Assembly: GCA_965644315.1 (NCBI GenBank)
Contig: CBFFRQ010000069.1
Coordinates: forward strand, 1,390,439-1,454,438
Origin: Caecitellus pseudoparvulus
Lineage: Eukaryota; Protista; Bigyra: Bicosoecida
Reading direction: 5' to 3'
Length of the DNA stretch: 64,000 nt
Part shown: piece by piece, positions 1 through 16,600 of the stretch
Position numbering within the stretch: the stretch's first letter is position 1
Layout of the letters: the number at the start of each line of letters is the position of its first letter
Program-made: the position numbers and the translations under genes
The notes under the pieces: model-generated
The model's input: only the letters and a program-made list of their open reading frames with translations
The model's database searches: none
What the model was told of the DNA's origin: nothing

Positions 1-58
1 TCTTGCACGTTGCTTCGTGAGTGGCCCCCTTCCACTCTCAGCCTCGCCAACCGCAAGC

Positions 59-1869
<1,811 letters not shown>

Positions 1870-2006
1870 GTGGTGTAAAAATGCACAGTCTGCATGACAT
1901 GCAGCCTCTGTTTGCGACTGCCCACTCTACCCAGCACAAGTCAAAGTAGGGGCAAGTGGAGCCTTGGCGTGGTGCAGCCGGTCCCAGCAGCAGCACGTGC
2001 CAGGTC

Positions 2007-5000
2007 ATGGCAGCTTCCCCTGGTGCCGCTCCTGAGGCAACTGCGCTGCCCCTGATATACTGTGATGAAGATGGCGTCTTTCAAGTCGGCAAGGAAGCCC
2101 TGGGGGTGCTGAACAGCATTGCTGATCGCCTTGGTGAGCTGCAACGACAAGCTCCACTGCTGGTGTGAAGGGGACTGGCCCTCGGCACTTGCACCTGGCA
2201 CCCCGTGCACAGCCGTCGTCATCGTCGCGGGGCAATACCGTTCCGGGAAGTCCTTCCTCATGAATCAACTCGTGCAGCAGCGGCAAGGTTTCAGCGTGTA
2301 CGTGCGATGCACAGTGTGAGCCGGCACGAAGCCTTGCCCGACTCTCTGCCTTCACCTGTGCACGCAGGGGACACACGTACCAGAGCCACACACGCGGGCT
2401 TTGGATGTACAAGGAGCCGATTGATGGAATGAGCAGTGACGGAAAGCCAATCAAGGTGCTGCTCATCGACTCGGAAGGCCTGGGGAGCTTCGAGAAGGAT
2501 GTAAGCGCGACGCATGACACGACCATCTTCAGCTTGTGTGTCCTGCTCTGCTCCACCCTGCTGTTCAACGGTGGTGAGACTATCACGGAGGACTCCATCC
2601 AGAGCTTGAGCTTCATTGCCAACCTCACGCAGCATATCAGGGTTGGTGAGGACAGCGGGGACAGCAGTTCATCTGCAGACTTGCAGCCCTTCTTCCCGTC
2701 CTTCATCTGGCTGCTTCGAGACTTTGCACTCAAGCTCGTTGACAAAGAGGGCATGGACATCACTCTGGATGAGTACTTGGAGAATGCGCTGCAGCGGATC
2801 CCTGGCTTCTCTGCCGAGGTGGATGCGAGGAATCGCCCCCGGGACTACCTGCGAGCTTTTTTCAAGCAGCGGACGTGCAAGAGCCTCGTGATGCCGGCAC
2901 CCCACGAGCAGCTGCAGAACCTAGACACTTTGTCAGACGAGGATTTGAACCCTGCCTTCGTGCAGGGCATGCAAGAACTGCGCGATCTGGTTTTTGGGCA
3001 AGCCAAGCCAAAGACTGTCGGTGGGGACGGCAGGCCTGTTACTGGCCCCATCCTTGCTCAGCTCGTGGGGCACTACGTGGCGGCAATCAACGCGGACGCC
3101 GTGCCCGCTATAAGCGATGCATGGACTGCTGCGACTGAGTCTGAAACGCGGCGAGCTCTGGAGAATGCCGAAGCTGACTTCGCTCGCGCGGTGAAGGCAG
3201 CCGCGCCCATCCCGTTGTCAGAGGAGCAGCCAACCCAAGAAGAGGCAGGGCCTTTGATCCTTCCAAAGGACACCCCCGACCTGGAGGCATACCTTCTCGC
3301 TGCTGAGCAGCGAGCCATGGGATTGCTGAAGGACCAAGTGCCGATGGGCACCGCTCCTCAGATTGCTGAAGCAGCGCAGGAGAAGCTGACTGCAGCCTGC
3401 AAGACCCTGGCACAGAGGGCCAGGGAGGCAAATGTCTCGGCGGCACAGCGTGCATGTGAAGATCACGTCGCCTCTGCCCGTGAATCGGCTGCAGCATCGG
3501 CGCTGCACCCGCACCGTGCAGCCGTTGACGCGTTCAAGAGCGACGCTGGCAACCTGGAGCCCCAGCAGGGGAAGCACCCTGAAGTGTTCAAAGCACAGGG
3601 CGTGTTCAGGAGCATGGTGGTAGCGTGGGGTGGGCTGAGAGAAGCCTATGGCGCTGGAGCTCGGGGCCCTGATGCAGTCAAACACACGGCACTGCTCGGC
3701 CACGGTTTGGACCCATTGCACCGAAGTGCTGCGACGATACTGCAGGACGTCGACTCTGCCAACTCCACACAGCTCAGGTCTTTCCAGGATGCCTGGGCAC
3801 TTTCCCAATCTGAAGTTGCTAGCCTCAAGCAAGACTTGGAGCAGGTTCGAGCAGAGCTTGATGCGAGCAACAGTGAACGTGCTGCAGCAGAAGCTAGAGC
3901 TGCCAAGGCAAGTGAGGAGCTGGCCGCGACCTCAACACAGCTTGCAGACAGTCGGAAGACGGTTTCCGAGCTCCGAAAAGTCTGCGCAGAACTGCAAGCA
4001 GACGTTGAGTCTGGCCAGGCAGCGCTCGCAGCTGAGCAGCGCACGCACGGCGAAACCAAGGCCGCGCTGGAATCCGAGGAGCAACGTGCGAGGGACCTGA
4101 CTGCCAAGTTGAAGGAAACATCAGCAGCAGCAGGGGCGGCGGCTGCGGAGGCTTCTGCTTCGCAGCAACAAGTGGCTTCATTGAGGGACAAGCTCACACA
4201 CGCAAGGGCTTCAGCGGATGCCAAGGCAGAGTCTCTGGGCTCCTCCGAGAAGCGTCTGGAGGAAGCGCGTGCGAAGTACTCCCAAGAAGCAGATGCGCGC
4301 CGGGAAGCTGAATTGCAGTTGATCAAAACACGGCGGGACTTAGCAGAGGCAGAGGCTCAGCTGGCTAGCCTGCAGACGGAGTCTGCAGAGCTTAAGGGGT
4401 CGGCTGGGTCGAAGGAGACGGAGCTGGCATCCCTTCGGGCAGCCGAGGCTGCCAGCCAGAAACGTATTCGCGATTTGATGGCTGCCAAGAACCTTGCCGA
4501 TATGGAGCTAGCGGCTGCTCAGCAAGAGCTGCAGCGGTGCAAGGGCGAGCTGGAGAGTTTGGAGCAGGAGCAACGCACAACGAAGGCTCGCGCACAATCA
4601 CTTGAAACTGACCTGGCCGCCTCCCAGCAAGAGGCTAAGGCATCAACAGAAAAGGCGGAGTCCCTCAAAGCTGCGCTTGAGCAAGCGCAGACGGACACAC
4701 ATAGGCGGCTAGCTGAAGTGCGGGAAGAACTGGTGTCTGTACAGGCTGCCCACAACTCCAGCGCCAAGCAAACAGCAGGTCTTGAAGAGCAGCTCCAGCA
4801 AGCACAGGCAGAGTGCTCGCAGCTAGAAGGTCAGCTACAAGCTGCGAAAGCCCGGTGTGATAGCCTCTCGTCTGAGGTGGAGGACTTGACGAGGCAGCAC
4901 TCAGGGGCAGCTGCCTCCAAAGCCACGGCCGAGAAGGACGCCGAGGAAGCGCGGGCAGAGCTGCAAAAGGCCACAGCCGAAGCAGCGCGGCTTGTAGCTG

Positions 5001-6499
5001 ACCTAGAAACCACGCAAGAAGAGCTAGCAGCAGCTCAAGCGCAGAACGCAGCCCTCCAGCACGACTGCACATCTGCTCAGGGAGGTGAAGCTGCGGCATC
5101 TGCTCGGGTACAGCACCTCGAGCAAGAAGTCTTAGAACTGAAGCAGTCAGTGCAGTCAGCAGAACAAGCGACGCGTGAGGCACAGTTGAAGCTGAGCGAG
5201 GTGCAAGAGCGAGAGAAGCAGGCCACGGAAGTCGCAGCCGCTAACGCAAAGGCGCACAGCGAGCACTTGGAGCAACTGCAGCAGCAGCTGGGCGCTGCTG
5301 TCGCTGCGCATGCACACTGCTCCGATGCACAGCAAGCCCTGCGCGCGCAATTGGAGCAGTCACAGGCGCGCCATGCAGCGCTGCGCGAAGAAATGGCGAA
5401 GACCATTGCCGTGGCCAGGGACACAGCCCAAGCTGCAGACGATGAAGTTGCGCGCCTCAGAGCCACCTCCAAGAAAGCGCGCGAGGCCCTGGGGCAGGAA
5501 CGAGCTCGTCACTCAGCGACAAAGGCAGCGTTGGCTGAGGCCCAGCAGGAAAGTGACGCCACAGCGCGTCAAGTGGCGGCGCTGAAGAAGCAGCTCAATG
5601 CCGCAATGGCGCGAGCAGCTCAGGCGGTTGAAAGCATGTCCACTGCAGTGAAGGGTGCTGCAGAGCAGCTCGAGCAGCAAGACGCCATCATCCTGCAGCT
5701 CAAGCAGGCAAAGCGAGACCTGCGTGTGATGGCCTACCGCCGGTCAGACATCAACCAAGCCCTCGCTGTTCTGCAGCAGGGCCTGCAGGTGTTCCTGGTG
5801 AAGGCGGGGGGCAAGCTAGCACGGCGCACTCTGAAGCTCAGTGCTGATAGGACTTGCCTGCTGCTTGCGTCGGTCCCTGCTGGCTCCACATCGTCGCCGG
5901 TGTCTTTGCCGATTGCCCAGGTCAGGTCAGTTGAGCTCGGCCCCGGATCCCCTGGATTTCGCGTGGCGCTGGGCTCAGCGTCTGCAGCGGATGTGGAACC
6001 TTCCATGTGCTTTACCGTATACGCAGCGCGAAGGGGGTATGACATGCTCATTGCCAGAGACGCTGAACTGCCGACTATTGCCCCTGACATGCCAGCCGGT
6101 GACGGCGTGTGGAGAGGCTCTGCAACTTCCAGCCTGGCGTGGAACCACAAGGAACTGCTGATTTCAGTGGTGCATGGGATCAAGTGTCTCGTGTTGCAAC
6201 GGTCCGGGCACGGCTTGTACTCTGTGGCGCGCATTGCCACTCGTCTGTCCCTGCTGAGCTTGACCTTGTCTGCACGAGCCCAGGCGTTGGGCATTCCCAT
6301 TCCACCGGATGCAGGTCACGAAGCTGTTGTCAAAGCGGTACTGGACCACCTAGCCCATGAGACACTTCGACTGCGGCGGAGTGCTTCCAAGGGGGCAGAA
6401 AAGCGTGGGGGGGGGGCGGGAGGACAGGCAGCCAGCGGGCATGCGGCGAGTCCGGAAGGAGTGGAGGATGGCGGAGGAGCGCGAGCCACTCCGGCGTGA
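2007..6499 (+). CDS. Guanylate-binding protein (GBP/atlastin family) large GTPase with very long coiled coil and C-terminal PH-like domain
   Basis: Spliced N-terminus gives G1 GQYRSGKS, G2 region SHTRGLWM, G3 IDSEG and G4 WLLRDF. Followed by ~700 aa Ala/Glu/Gln heptad coil and a PH-like segment (RRTLKLSAD...LPIAQVRSVELG...CFTVYAARR). Two predicted 5' introns near 2134-2211 and 2299-2367. Confidence 0.85.
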
Positions 6500-6644
6500 G
6501 CGCTAACTTTTCACAATACAAATGTATCCGCAATTTCACGGGCTGCGACTCGCTCACGAGGTGCAGCCCAGTTTGTGGCCAGGCCCAGTCCACGCCCACT
6601 TCTTGTGCTTCACCTTGAGCGGGAAGCTGCCAGCAGAGCCAGGC

Positions 6645-8318
6645 ATGGCGTCTGCTGGCGGAATCTTCGAGGAGGCTGTCAGAATGAAGAGCGCCATGGT
6701 AGACCACAAGTGCAGGGCGTACAAAGCGAGGGCCCCCTCGCTGCAGCACTCCATTTTCCACCTTGACCAGTACAAAGACGGGCCGCACCGAAACGCCAAC
6801 GAAACGGAGTGCCTGGAATGGGCCGAGGGTCTCAAGGCAGAGGGGAACAGTGCAGTAGGGGAGAAGGACTGGAACGCAGCTACATTAAAGTATGAGCGAG
6901 CCCTTGGCCTGCTGCGCTTTATCGTCTCTTCCAGGGAAGACTGGCGCAGCAACTTGGCAGACGTTGACTTGGCGGTGGTGGACAGCGCAGCTGGCTCCTG
7001 CTGCTCGCTGGATGGCTCACGCAGGCCCAGCAGCGACTTCGGGTTGGGATCTTTGCCAGGCTTCTCAGAGGCTGGCAAAAGACAGGCGGCTCGGCTGTGT
7101 GCAGCGCTGTATGGAAATCTGTGCACTGTTGCCTTGGCACAGGGGCAGGCCTCGGTTGCGGCAGCGGAGGCTGCTGAGGGTCTCCGCGTCACGCCGGGCC
7201 ACCCCAAGCTGCTCATGAAGCGCGCCAAGAGCTGGATGCAGCGCAAGGGGGCTGGCACCACAGAGCTGCGCGCAGCGTTGCTGGACCTGAAGACTGCCGT
7301 TGACATGTTCAAGCAGGCTGGGGACCTGTACGACGTGGGCAGCCGGGTGCTCTCGCAACTCGCTGCAGCGTACAAGGAGCATGCTTCCATGGCTGCTGCA
7401 CAGCATGCAAAGGACAAGGCAGCTTTTGCAGGCCTCTTTGAGCGGGGGTCAATTGTGCAAGCCGCAGAGGAGAGCGAAGCGGCACCCACGTTGCCCGCCC
7501 CTCACAGCCGTCTCCCAGACACAACCCGCGCACAGCTGGCCGCGATGCGCCGCGCAAGAGCGGAAGCAGAGGCTGAAGGGCGCGTTCAAGATGCGAAAGA
7601 GCTCTCGGTGCACTTGAGCCGTGCAGAGGCCAGGCTGGCCGCCGGCGCAGGGCTGGAGCCGTCCCTCGACTTCTCAAAGCCAACCCCAGAGATGCGATCG
7701 CTGGCGGAGGAGATGGGCCTCGATCTGGATGACCCTGCTGTGCAGCGGGAGCTTGAGGTCGTGGATGCTCAGGCAGCTGCGAAGAGAGGCTTTGCTAGTG
7801 CCGCCGGCGCCGCCGCTGCGGCATCTACGGGCAAGCTGCCGAAGTCCAATGCGCCCGAAGTGACTCTGGACGAACTGGAAGAGCACATTCGCAAAATGCC
7901 GCTGCCAGCCCTTGTGGAGTTCATGGTGCAGCAGGACATAGCCTCGGAACCCACCGTGCGAGGGTGGAGTGAGCAGCAGGTGCGCGAGAAAGCAGTTGCA
8001 ATGCTGCGCTCCAGCGAAGACCCCATGGCTGGTGAACGCAAGGCCAGGTACGCCATGGTGAGGTACATTGCATTTACTGCCATTTGCCTGTTCATGCTGT
8101 GGCGGCTGTACAACATGGGCCTGCTGACGTGGCTCTTCACAGGCCAAACGCCGGCCGGGTGGGGTTCCCAGGCGGCCATAGCCGCCGCCTCAGCAACAGG
8201 GGCGACGAGCGCAGCACAAGATGCAGTCCCTGCCTACCCCACCACAAGTGACAGCGACGGCGACGCGGCGTTCGGAGAACTGGAGGTCGATCCCCACGGC
8301 AGACTGCACCGCGTGTAG
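6645..8318 (+). CDS. TPR-repeat protein with C-terminal transmembrane helix (co-chaperone-like)
   Basis: TPR motifs AEGLKAEGNSAV...KYERAL, LYGNLCTVAL, KLLMKRAKS. Hydrophobic segment YIAFTAICLFMLWRLYNMGLLTWLF near the C-terminus. Start at 6645 chosen on context (ggcATGg); upstream in-frame ATG at 6522 also exists. Confidence 0.65.
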   Translation: MASAGGIFEEAVRMKSAMVDHKCRAYKARAPSLQHSIFHLDQYKDGPHRNANETECLEWAEGLKAEGNSAVGEKDWNAATLKYERALGLLRFIVSSREDWRSNLADVDLAVVDSAAGSCCSLDGSRRPSSDFGLGSLPGFSEAGKRQAARLCAALYGNLCTVALAQGQASVAAAEAAEGLRVTPGHPKLLMKRAKSWMQRKGAGTTELRAALLDLKTAVDMFKQAGDLYDVGSRVLSQLAAAYKEHASMAAAQHAKDKAAFAGLFERGSIVQAAEESEAAPTLPAPHSRLPDTTRAQLAAMRRARAEAEAEGRVQDAKELSVHLSRAEARLAAGAGLEPSLDFSKPTPEMRSLAEEMGLDLDDPAVQRELEVVDAQAAAKRGFASAAGAAAAASTGKLPKSNAPEVTLDELEEHIRKMPLPALVEFMVQQDIASEPTVRGWSEQQVREKAVAMLRSSEDPMAGERKARYAMVRYIAFTAICLFMLWRLYNMGLLTWLFTGQTPAGWGSQAAIAAASATGATSAAQDAVPAYPTTSDSDGDAAFGELEVDPHGRLHRV

Positions 8319-8346
8319 AAGCAGGGCTCCAGGTGCAGGCCCAGGC

Positions 8347-10565
<2,219 letters not shown>

Positions 10566-10867
10566 GTCAATCTGTGGTGTTGGTGAACTCGGTGACTCAA
10601 CCCGCCAACCCTGCGCACAGTGGCCGTGGCTGGGACTGGCAAGCAACACAGCTGCGTCGTGGTTCCGGGCTGGCGCCGCGCAGAAGCACAAAAACAGTGC
10701 CCCCCAAATTGGTGAACGAAGTGCAACACATGAAAAGTGGCCGGGCGGGTTCTAAACTCCCCTTGTCAGCGCCTGCCTGCCCCCACCCCCCCTGGACCTC
10801 ACACTCTCGACGAGCGGAAATCGCTGCCAGGTGGCGGCACACCACTGGCACTGACGACGCGGCCACC

Positions 10868-11605
10868 ATGCACACTGTGCTGAACAGGGCCAACGCCCTG
10901 GTGTTCACTGGGCTGGCTGCCCTGGCCATGATGGCTGCTGCCACGATCATCACGACGTTGGGACATGTGCCGCAGCCCAAGTTGACGCGCCTGCACGTCT
11001 CGGCTTTGAATGCGCTGGAGCACGCCACGGGAAGGGACCCCTACACCCGCAAATCCCTACATGTAGATCGTGCTCGCGTCACGCTAGACCTTGATGCTGG
11101 TGAGTGCCGGCGTGGGGCATGCTGGCATGCGGCACCGGCCAACATTGCGCTGCTTCCTGCCATTTCAGACCTCACCTCCGCCTTCAACTGGAACGTCAGA
11201 CAGCTGTTTGCTTTTGTTGTGGCAGAGGTGCGCACTGAAGCTGGCTCTGTGCACCAGGTTACGTTGTGGGACACTATCATCCGGGACAAGAGCGAAGCGC
11301 ACCTTGTCCTGAACGAGGCCCAGACGGAGTACGAGTGGATGGACGATGCCCGTGATTTGAGGGGTGCCCAGGTCACTCTGGCGCTATTTTATGATGCCAT
11401 GCCGTGGGTGGGGCCCTTGCACCTCTCCAGCTCGCACTCTGGCTCCCTGCGCCTGCCTGAGAAGTACTGCAACAGGGGCAAGTGCACCCTGCAGCAGAGC
11501 GCCGAGTTAGCAGACGGCACGGTGGCGGTGGAAGACATGCTGCCGGTGCGAAGAGTCGAAGGTGCAGCGGGTGCATTGCCAACTGTGCAGCGGTCGTGGT
11601 TCTAA
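10868..11605 (+). CDS. SPCS3: Signal peptidase complex subunit 3 (SPC22/23)
   Basis: MHTVLNRANAL N-terminus with TM anchor; DLDA|DLTSAFNWNVRQLFAFVVAE...HQVTLWDTII after removing in-frame intron 11100-11168; MPWVGPL. Confidence 0.9.
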   Translation: MHTVLNRANALVFTGLAALAMMAAATIITTLGHVPQPKLTRLHVSALNALEHATGRDPYTRKSLHVDRARVTLDLDAGECRRGACWHAAPANIALLPAISDLTSAFNWNVRQLFAFVVAEVRTEAGSVHQVTLWDTIIRDKSEAHLVLNEAQTEYEWMDDARDLRGAQVTLALFYDAMPWVGPLHLSSSHSGSLRLPEKYCNRGKCTLQQSAELADGTVAVEDMLPVRRVEGAAGALPTVQRSWF

Positions 11606-11614
11606 TGCATGCAA

Positions 11615-13225
11615 TCAGCGTCGGCGGATGACCCGGCGCTTGCCGCCACCTCCACCTGCAGCAGCCCCAGGCCCGCCGCCGCCAAACATGCTCATGAGGT
11701 TGGCCATGCCACCTCCCCCGCCTCCTCCCATGGCAGACGCCAGGGCAGAGGGGTCCAAGCCTGACATTTGCTTCATCATGTTCATCATGTTTCCCATACC
11801 ACCCATCTGGGCCATCATGCGCGGGTCGAAGCTCTTCTGCAGCTGCTGCATGACTGCTTGCGGGTTGCGCTTGAGCTGGCTCTGCAGAGCCGCATCGCCG
11901 CCTTTCATGAGACCAGACTTGCCCATTTTCTGCACCACCGTCGCAAACTGCTTGTAAGCCTTCAGCAACATGTCCACGTGAGCAGGGGACACGCCAGCTC
12001 CGCGTGCCACGCGGATCTTGCGGCCGGGCTCTTTCTCGAAGCTCGCCCGGCCGTCAAGCTCAGCAGCGGACATGGAGTCCATGATGCACAGGAAGCGCTT
12101 GATTTGTGCGCCGCTGTCCTGGCCTTGTCCCATCTGGCCCAGCATCTGCCCCATGCCACCCGGCAGCATGCCCATGACCTTGTCCAGGGGGCCGAGTTTC
12201 AGGATTTCGCTGAACTGGTCATACATGTCACGAAGCGTGAAGTCCTTACCCTTGCCGATGCGCTGCATCATGGCCTCTTGCATGTCCGTGTCGATGGTGT
12301 CGGTGAGCTTCTCCATGAGGCCCTTCACATCTCCGCGCCCCAGGAGTTTGGAGATGAAGGACTCCGGGTCGAAGCGCTCCAAGTCCTCGAAGTGCTCACC
12401 CACACCCACGAAGGTGATGGGGGACCCCGTCGCGGCCACTGCAGACAGAGCACCGCCACCCTTTGCGTGGCCGTCCAACTTGGTGATGATGCACGAGCCC
12501 ACGGGAACTGACTGCTTGAAGGCTTCTGCTTGGTCGAAAGCAGCCTGGCCGATGGAGGAGTCCATCACGAACACCACCTCGCTGGGGTTCACCGCAGCCG
12601 CCACCTCCTGCATCTCCTGGAAGAGAGCAGCCTCCTGCTTGTGCCGCCCAGATGTGTCCACGATGATGACGTCATACTTCTCTGCGGTGAAGTGCTCCAC
12701 GCCTTCCCGAGCGATGGCCACAGGGTCGGTCTCGCTGTACGACCCGTAGAAGGGAACTCGCACCCGAATGGCGTTCTGCTTCAGTTGGTCAAAGGCACCT
12801 GCACGAAATGTATCAGCACACACCATGGCAACTGAGTACTTCTTCTTCTTGTAGTAGTGCGCGTACTTCGCGACGGTGGTCGTCTTGCCAGCCCCCTGCA
12901 ACCCCACAAACATGACCACGTTGGTCTTGCCCTTCTTCATGCGGAACGGCTCGTGGCCTGGGTCAAGCAGGCCCACCAGAGACTCCACCACCGCCCGCTC
13001 CACCACTCGAGCAATGTTCACTCCGTCTGCCCCGCCCTCAAGCTTGATCCTGGTCTGCACCGTGTTGCGGAGCTGCCCCACAAGCTTCACGTTCACGTCT
13101 GCTGCAAGCAGAGCGCTCATGATGTCCTTCAAGACTGCCTTCACGACGTCATCGTCTACATCTGTCGCCGAGTTCAGGCGGGAGAGCGCCCCCGCCAACT
13201 GCATCCCCAGCTCGTGAAGAACCAT
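11615..13225 (-). CDS. SRP54: Signal recognition particle 54 kDa subunit
   Basis: MVLHELG start, GLQGAGKTT, DTFRAGAFDQL, DTSGRH, TKLDGHAKGGGALS, Met-rich M domain. Intronless. Confidence 0.98.
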   Translation of the reverse strand: MVLHELGMQLAGALSRLNSATDVDDDVVKAVLKDIMSALLAADVNVKLVGQLRNTVQTRIKLEGGADGVNIARVVERAVVESLVGLLDPGHEPFRMKKGKTNVVMFVGLQGAGKTTTVAKYAHYYKKKKYSVAMVCADTFRAGAFDQLKQNAIRVRVPFYGSYSETDPVAIAREGVEHFTAEKYDVIIVDTSGRHKQEAALFQEMQEVAAAVNPSEVVFVMDSSIGQAAFDQAEAFKQSVPVGSCIITKLDGHAKGGGALSAVAATGSPITFVGVGEHFEDLERFDPESFISKLLGRGDVKGLMEKLTDTIDTDMQEAMMQRIGKGKDFTLRDMYDQFSEILKLGPLDKVMGMLPGGMGQMLGQMGQGQDSGAQIKRFLCIMDSMSAAELDGRASFEKEPGRKIRVARGAGVSPAHVDMLLKAYKQFATVVQKMGKSGLMKGGDAALQSQLKRNPQAVMQQLQKSFDPRMMAQMGGMGNMMNMMKQMSGLDPSALASAMGGGGGGGMANLMSMFGGGGPGAAAGGGGGKRRVIRRR

Positions 13226-13610
13226 GGCTGCACTCTACGAAACGCTGCTGCACTGCACTTGAAACGCGAGGTTTCCGCAAGAGCTAAATCACCGCCGAAG
13301 GCCCCTGCAAGCTAGTCCGGGGGACAAATAGGCGATTAGATGTGAACACTTGCTGAATCAGGCCACCAGGTGACTGGGTGAGGCCTGCCGCGGCAAGTGA
13401 GCGGAACGCAAGCTTGGCCACGTGTGCTGGTGTGGCCCGCCGAAGCAAAGAGGCGTCAGTGTGAGCTCGGGAATGCCCCAACTGCAGGCTTGGCTGCCTG
13501 CATTATCACTCAGTGTTCCCGACGTGTCGAGAGGGGTTCAATTGTTGCAGTCTGGTGGTTGTCCCTGCCGACTGCCCACGCAGCTCGTCCTGCACCACCG
13601 CACATCACCA

Positions 13611-16600
13611 TCACGGGGCTGCTTTCTTCACCTTGCTGTCTACAAGCTTGCCCAAAGCATGCAAGCGCAGTAAATGAACTGCCCGCCGCGTCGCGCCTGC
13701 TTTTCGCTGGTCCACTGACCGGCAGTATTGCAACATCTCCTGGATGACATCCGCAGGGCTGCCGGGAAAGGCCACCGCAAGCAGCTCCTCCAATTCCAGC
13801 TCCCCAGAACCGTCAGCATCGACAGCCTTGAAGAGGGACTTTGCCACTGTCGGCAGCAGGCCAGAGAACATGTCTGAAGCCATGTACTCCTCCAGGTCCA
13901 CAGCACCTGAGCCGTCAGTGTCGATTTCGTCGAACATTCGCTTCAGGGCCAGGACCCGATCACGGTCATGGCCACCAAAAGCGTGGGGCTGGGAGAAGGA
14001 TGAAGCTGTGGTTCTGGCCAGTCGCAGCTGCGCTTGCTCCGAAGCCGAGCGCCTGGACAGTGCCGAACGTTGGACAGCTGACGCCTTGCGTGATTTAGGT
14101 TCTAACACAGTGCTCATGTCCTTGTGCTTGTCCACGGTGTCTTGCCGCAGTGCGCAGAGCTCAGCGGCTTCCAGAGCAGGTTTGCCTCCAGGTCTTGAAG
14201 AGCTGCGCTCATCCTGCCATGCTGCTTGGGGCGAAGGCGAAGTGCTCGCAGCGTGACCACTACAGTCGCTCGGGTGGGCGAACCCCCTTTGCTGCCGGGA
14301 CTTGGAAGCAGCCAGCAGTGCGCAAAGCCTGGCTTCTTCTTGGCGAGCCAGCCGTGCGCTACTCGGACGCATCGCACGCTCAGAACTCTCACCTGTGGCA
14401 TGTCTTGGGCCTCCACCTAGCGACAGCTCCAATAGGGGCGCCTGAGAGGTCACTGGCTTCTGCTCAGATGATGTCCATGTCTGGCCCTGCATCTTCGGGT
14501 GCGCTGAGCGGGGCCGCAGTCGCGCCCTGGCCCGCTGACGAGATCCTTCTTGCTTTGAAGGACCCGTACGCTCATGATGGCCCCCGCCCGTCGGCTTTCT
14601 CCGGAGATTTGAGCTGGAAGCCACTGGCGCTGAGGAAGGCTTTCGTTGAGGGGAGGACATCTGAACTTCTTGTCGGGACAGGACACTCGGGCGGAACGAG
14701 TCAGGCTCCGCTCGATCCAAGCTCGCAACCTTTGTTCGGCGGCGCAGTTGGACTTGGTGTGCTTTGGCTACCAGCCCAAAATTCTTGTACTTTCCGACCA
14801 GCGAGCGAGGCATGCGCGCATGTCTGTGCTTTCCAGCCTCCGCGCTCAACTGCTCGAGGAAGCTCGGGCGCTCAAGGCCTTCGAAAGCGGCAGGGAATCG
14901 CGCCTGTGATTCAGCCGACTTCGCCGATAGAGTCTCTGTATCCTCACCGTTCGAGCTCAGGTTGAGGTCAATGAGCTTCCTTTGCTCGGAGTCTGTGGTT
15001 GAACGAAGGAGGGCGGCCTCAGAGGCGGCTGCTTGGCGCTCGGACTCGAGCAAGTGAGCCTTCCTCTCAACGGCCCGCTGGCCAGCCACTTCCAGAGCGC
15101 GAGCAACATTGCTCTCACCCACTACCTTGTGGTCCCCTGGCCAACTGTCTCTCTGTCGCTCCAGCTCCGTGAGTATACCTCCATGATCGTCGAGTGTGAG
15201 TCTGTGCAGTGACATGGACCCAGCGCCAGTCCCTTTCGGAGAAGGCTCTTGACCTACACATGGCAGCGGCCGGGCAACTGGAGTTGGCCTGGGTGGATCC
15301 TTCAAGCAAGCTTCGGCTGCCTCTCCTGGAGTGTGGCGTCCCGCGCACACCGCATCGCAGGCTGCCCGGGTGGACTGCTGATTCGCAGCGCGGCTGGTTC
15401 GATCTGGCTGGCTCTGGCTCACGGACCTATTCACAGCAAGCACGGCTGAAGCGCCCGAAACACGTTCGTCTTGCCCTTCCTGTACTCCTGTTGCCAAGCT
15501 GTCGATCGAAGAAGTTGAGCTGCGCAGCTCCCGCATCACTTCTTGTGCTTCGCTGCGACGGGCCTGCAAGAGGGTCGCGAGGCTTGGATCAAAGCTCCAG
15601 GGGCACTGCGCTTTGGACAGTGGCTTGATGCCGCCCGGGTTGCCAGTGATGCTTTCAGCCTCTGGAAGGTCATGATACACTCTCTCACACAGCACCGCAA
15701 GTGGGGCACCGACGATGCTCCACAAGCGAACGGAGAGATCTTGGCTCGTTGATGCAATGTCGGGGACCGGGGAGGTGTGAATGAAGGACAGGCTCAGGAT
15801 GCTGCCTGAGTGTGCAGTCCATGCTGCGACAGGCGCCGCTCCTGGCAGCACACGACTGTCGGCCCAAGCCTGTGCTGAGACTTGTCTGCCTGGAAGCACA
15901 GGCGAGAACCCAGGATACTCCGCTCCTACCTTCAACGAAAACCAGGCAGGGTGCCTTGCATCCAAGTCACTGATGCTACTGGACAGCAGGACCTCGGGAA
16001 CGCGCAGCCGCTCCCCAGTCGCGACTGGCACGCTGGGCGAAACTGGCCGGGTGGCTTTGGCACCAAGCCAAGCCTCTGCCTGCCGCTGCCTCAGTGCCTT
16101 TTTGTCAAGTGAGGGATCATATGCTGCAGGTGCAGTGCTCTGGAGCACTCGCCTGCGCAAGAGGTGAGGGTCGTATCCAGCTTGGCTGGCTGGGCACTGG
16201 CTGGGCGGCACCGGCGAGCAGGGTCCCCGAACAACAGCATCGGTGAGATCCCACCACTTGATCATCCCCTGAGCATCTCCAGTCACAATCCAGGCTCGGG
16301 GCAAGTTTTGCGAAGCTGCAGCTTGTGCCGAGTTCAGAATTTGCTGTGCAGAGGACCCCGGTGCGCCGTACAGGTGTCCATGTGATGCAGGAAGCGTGCT
16401 TTTGTCTGCACACATTACCATGTGTTCACGTGTAAACCCTGCGACCAGCACGTCCATGGCGAGAATCGGCACAGGTACAGTGCTCGGTTGGCAAAATGGG
16501 CGCTGCGCGGGCTGGCCAGGCTGTAGGGGGGGGGGCGGCGCTCCTCCCCTCCTCCCCTCATTCACGACACGCAAGAACAAACGCCCCGATCCTGGCACGT

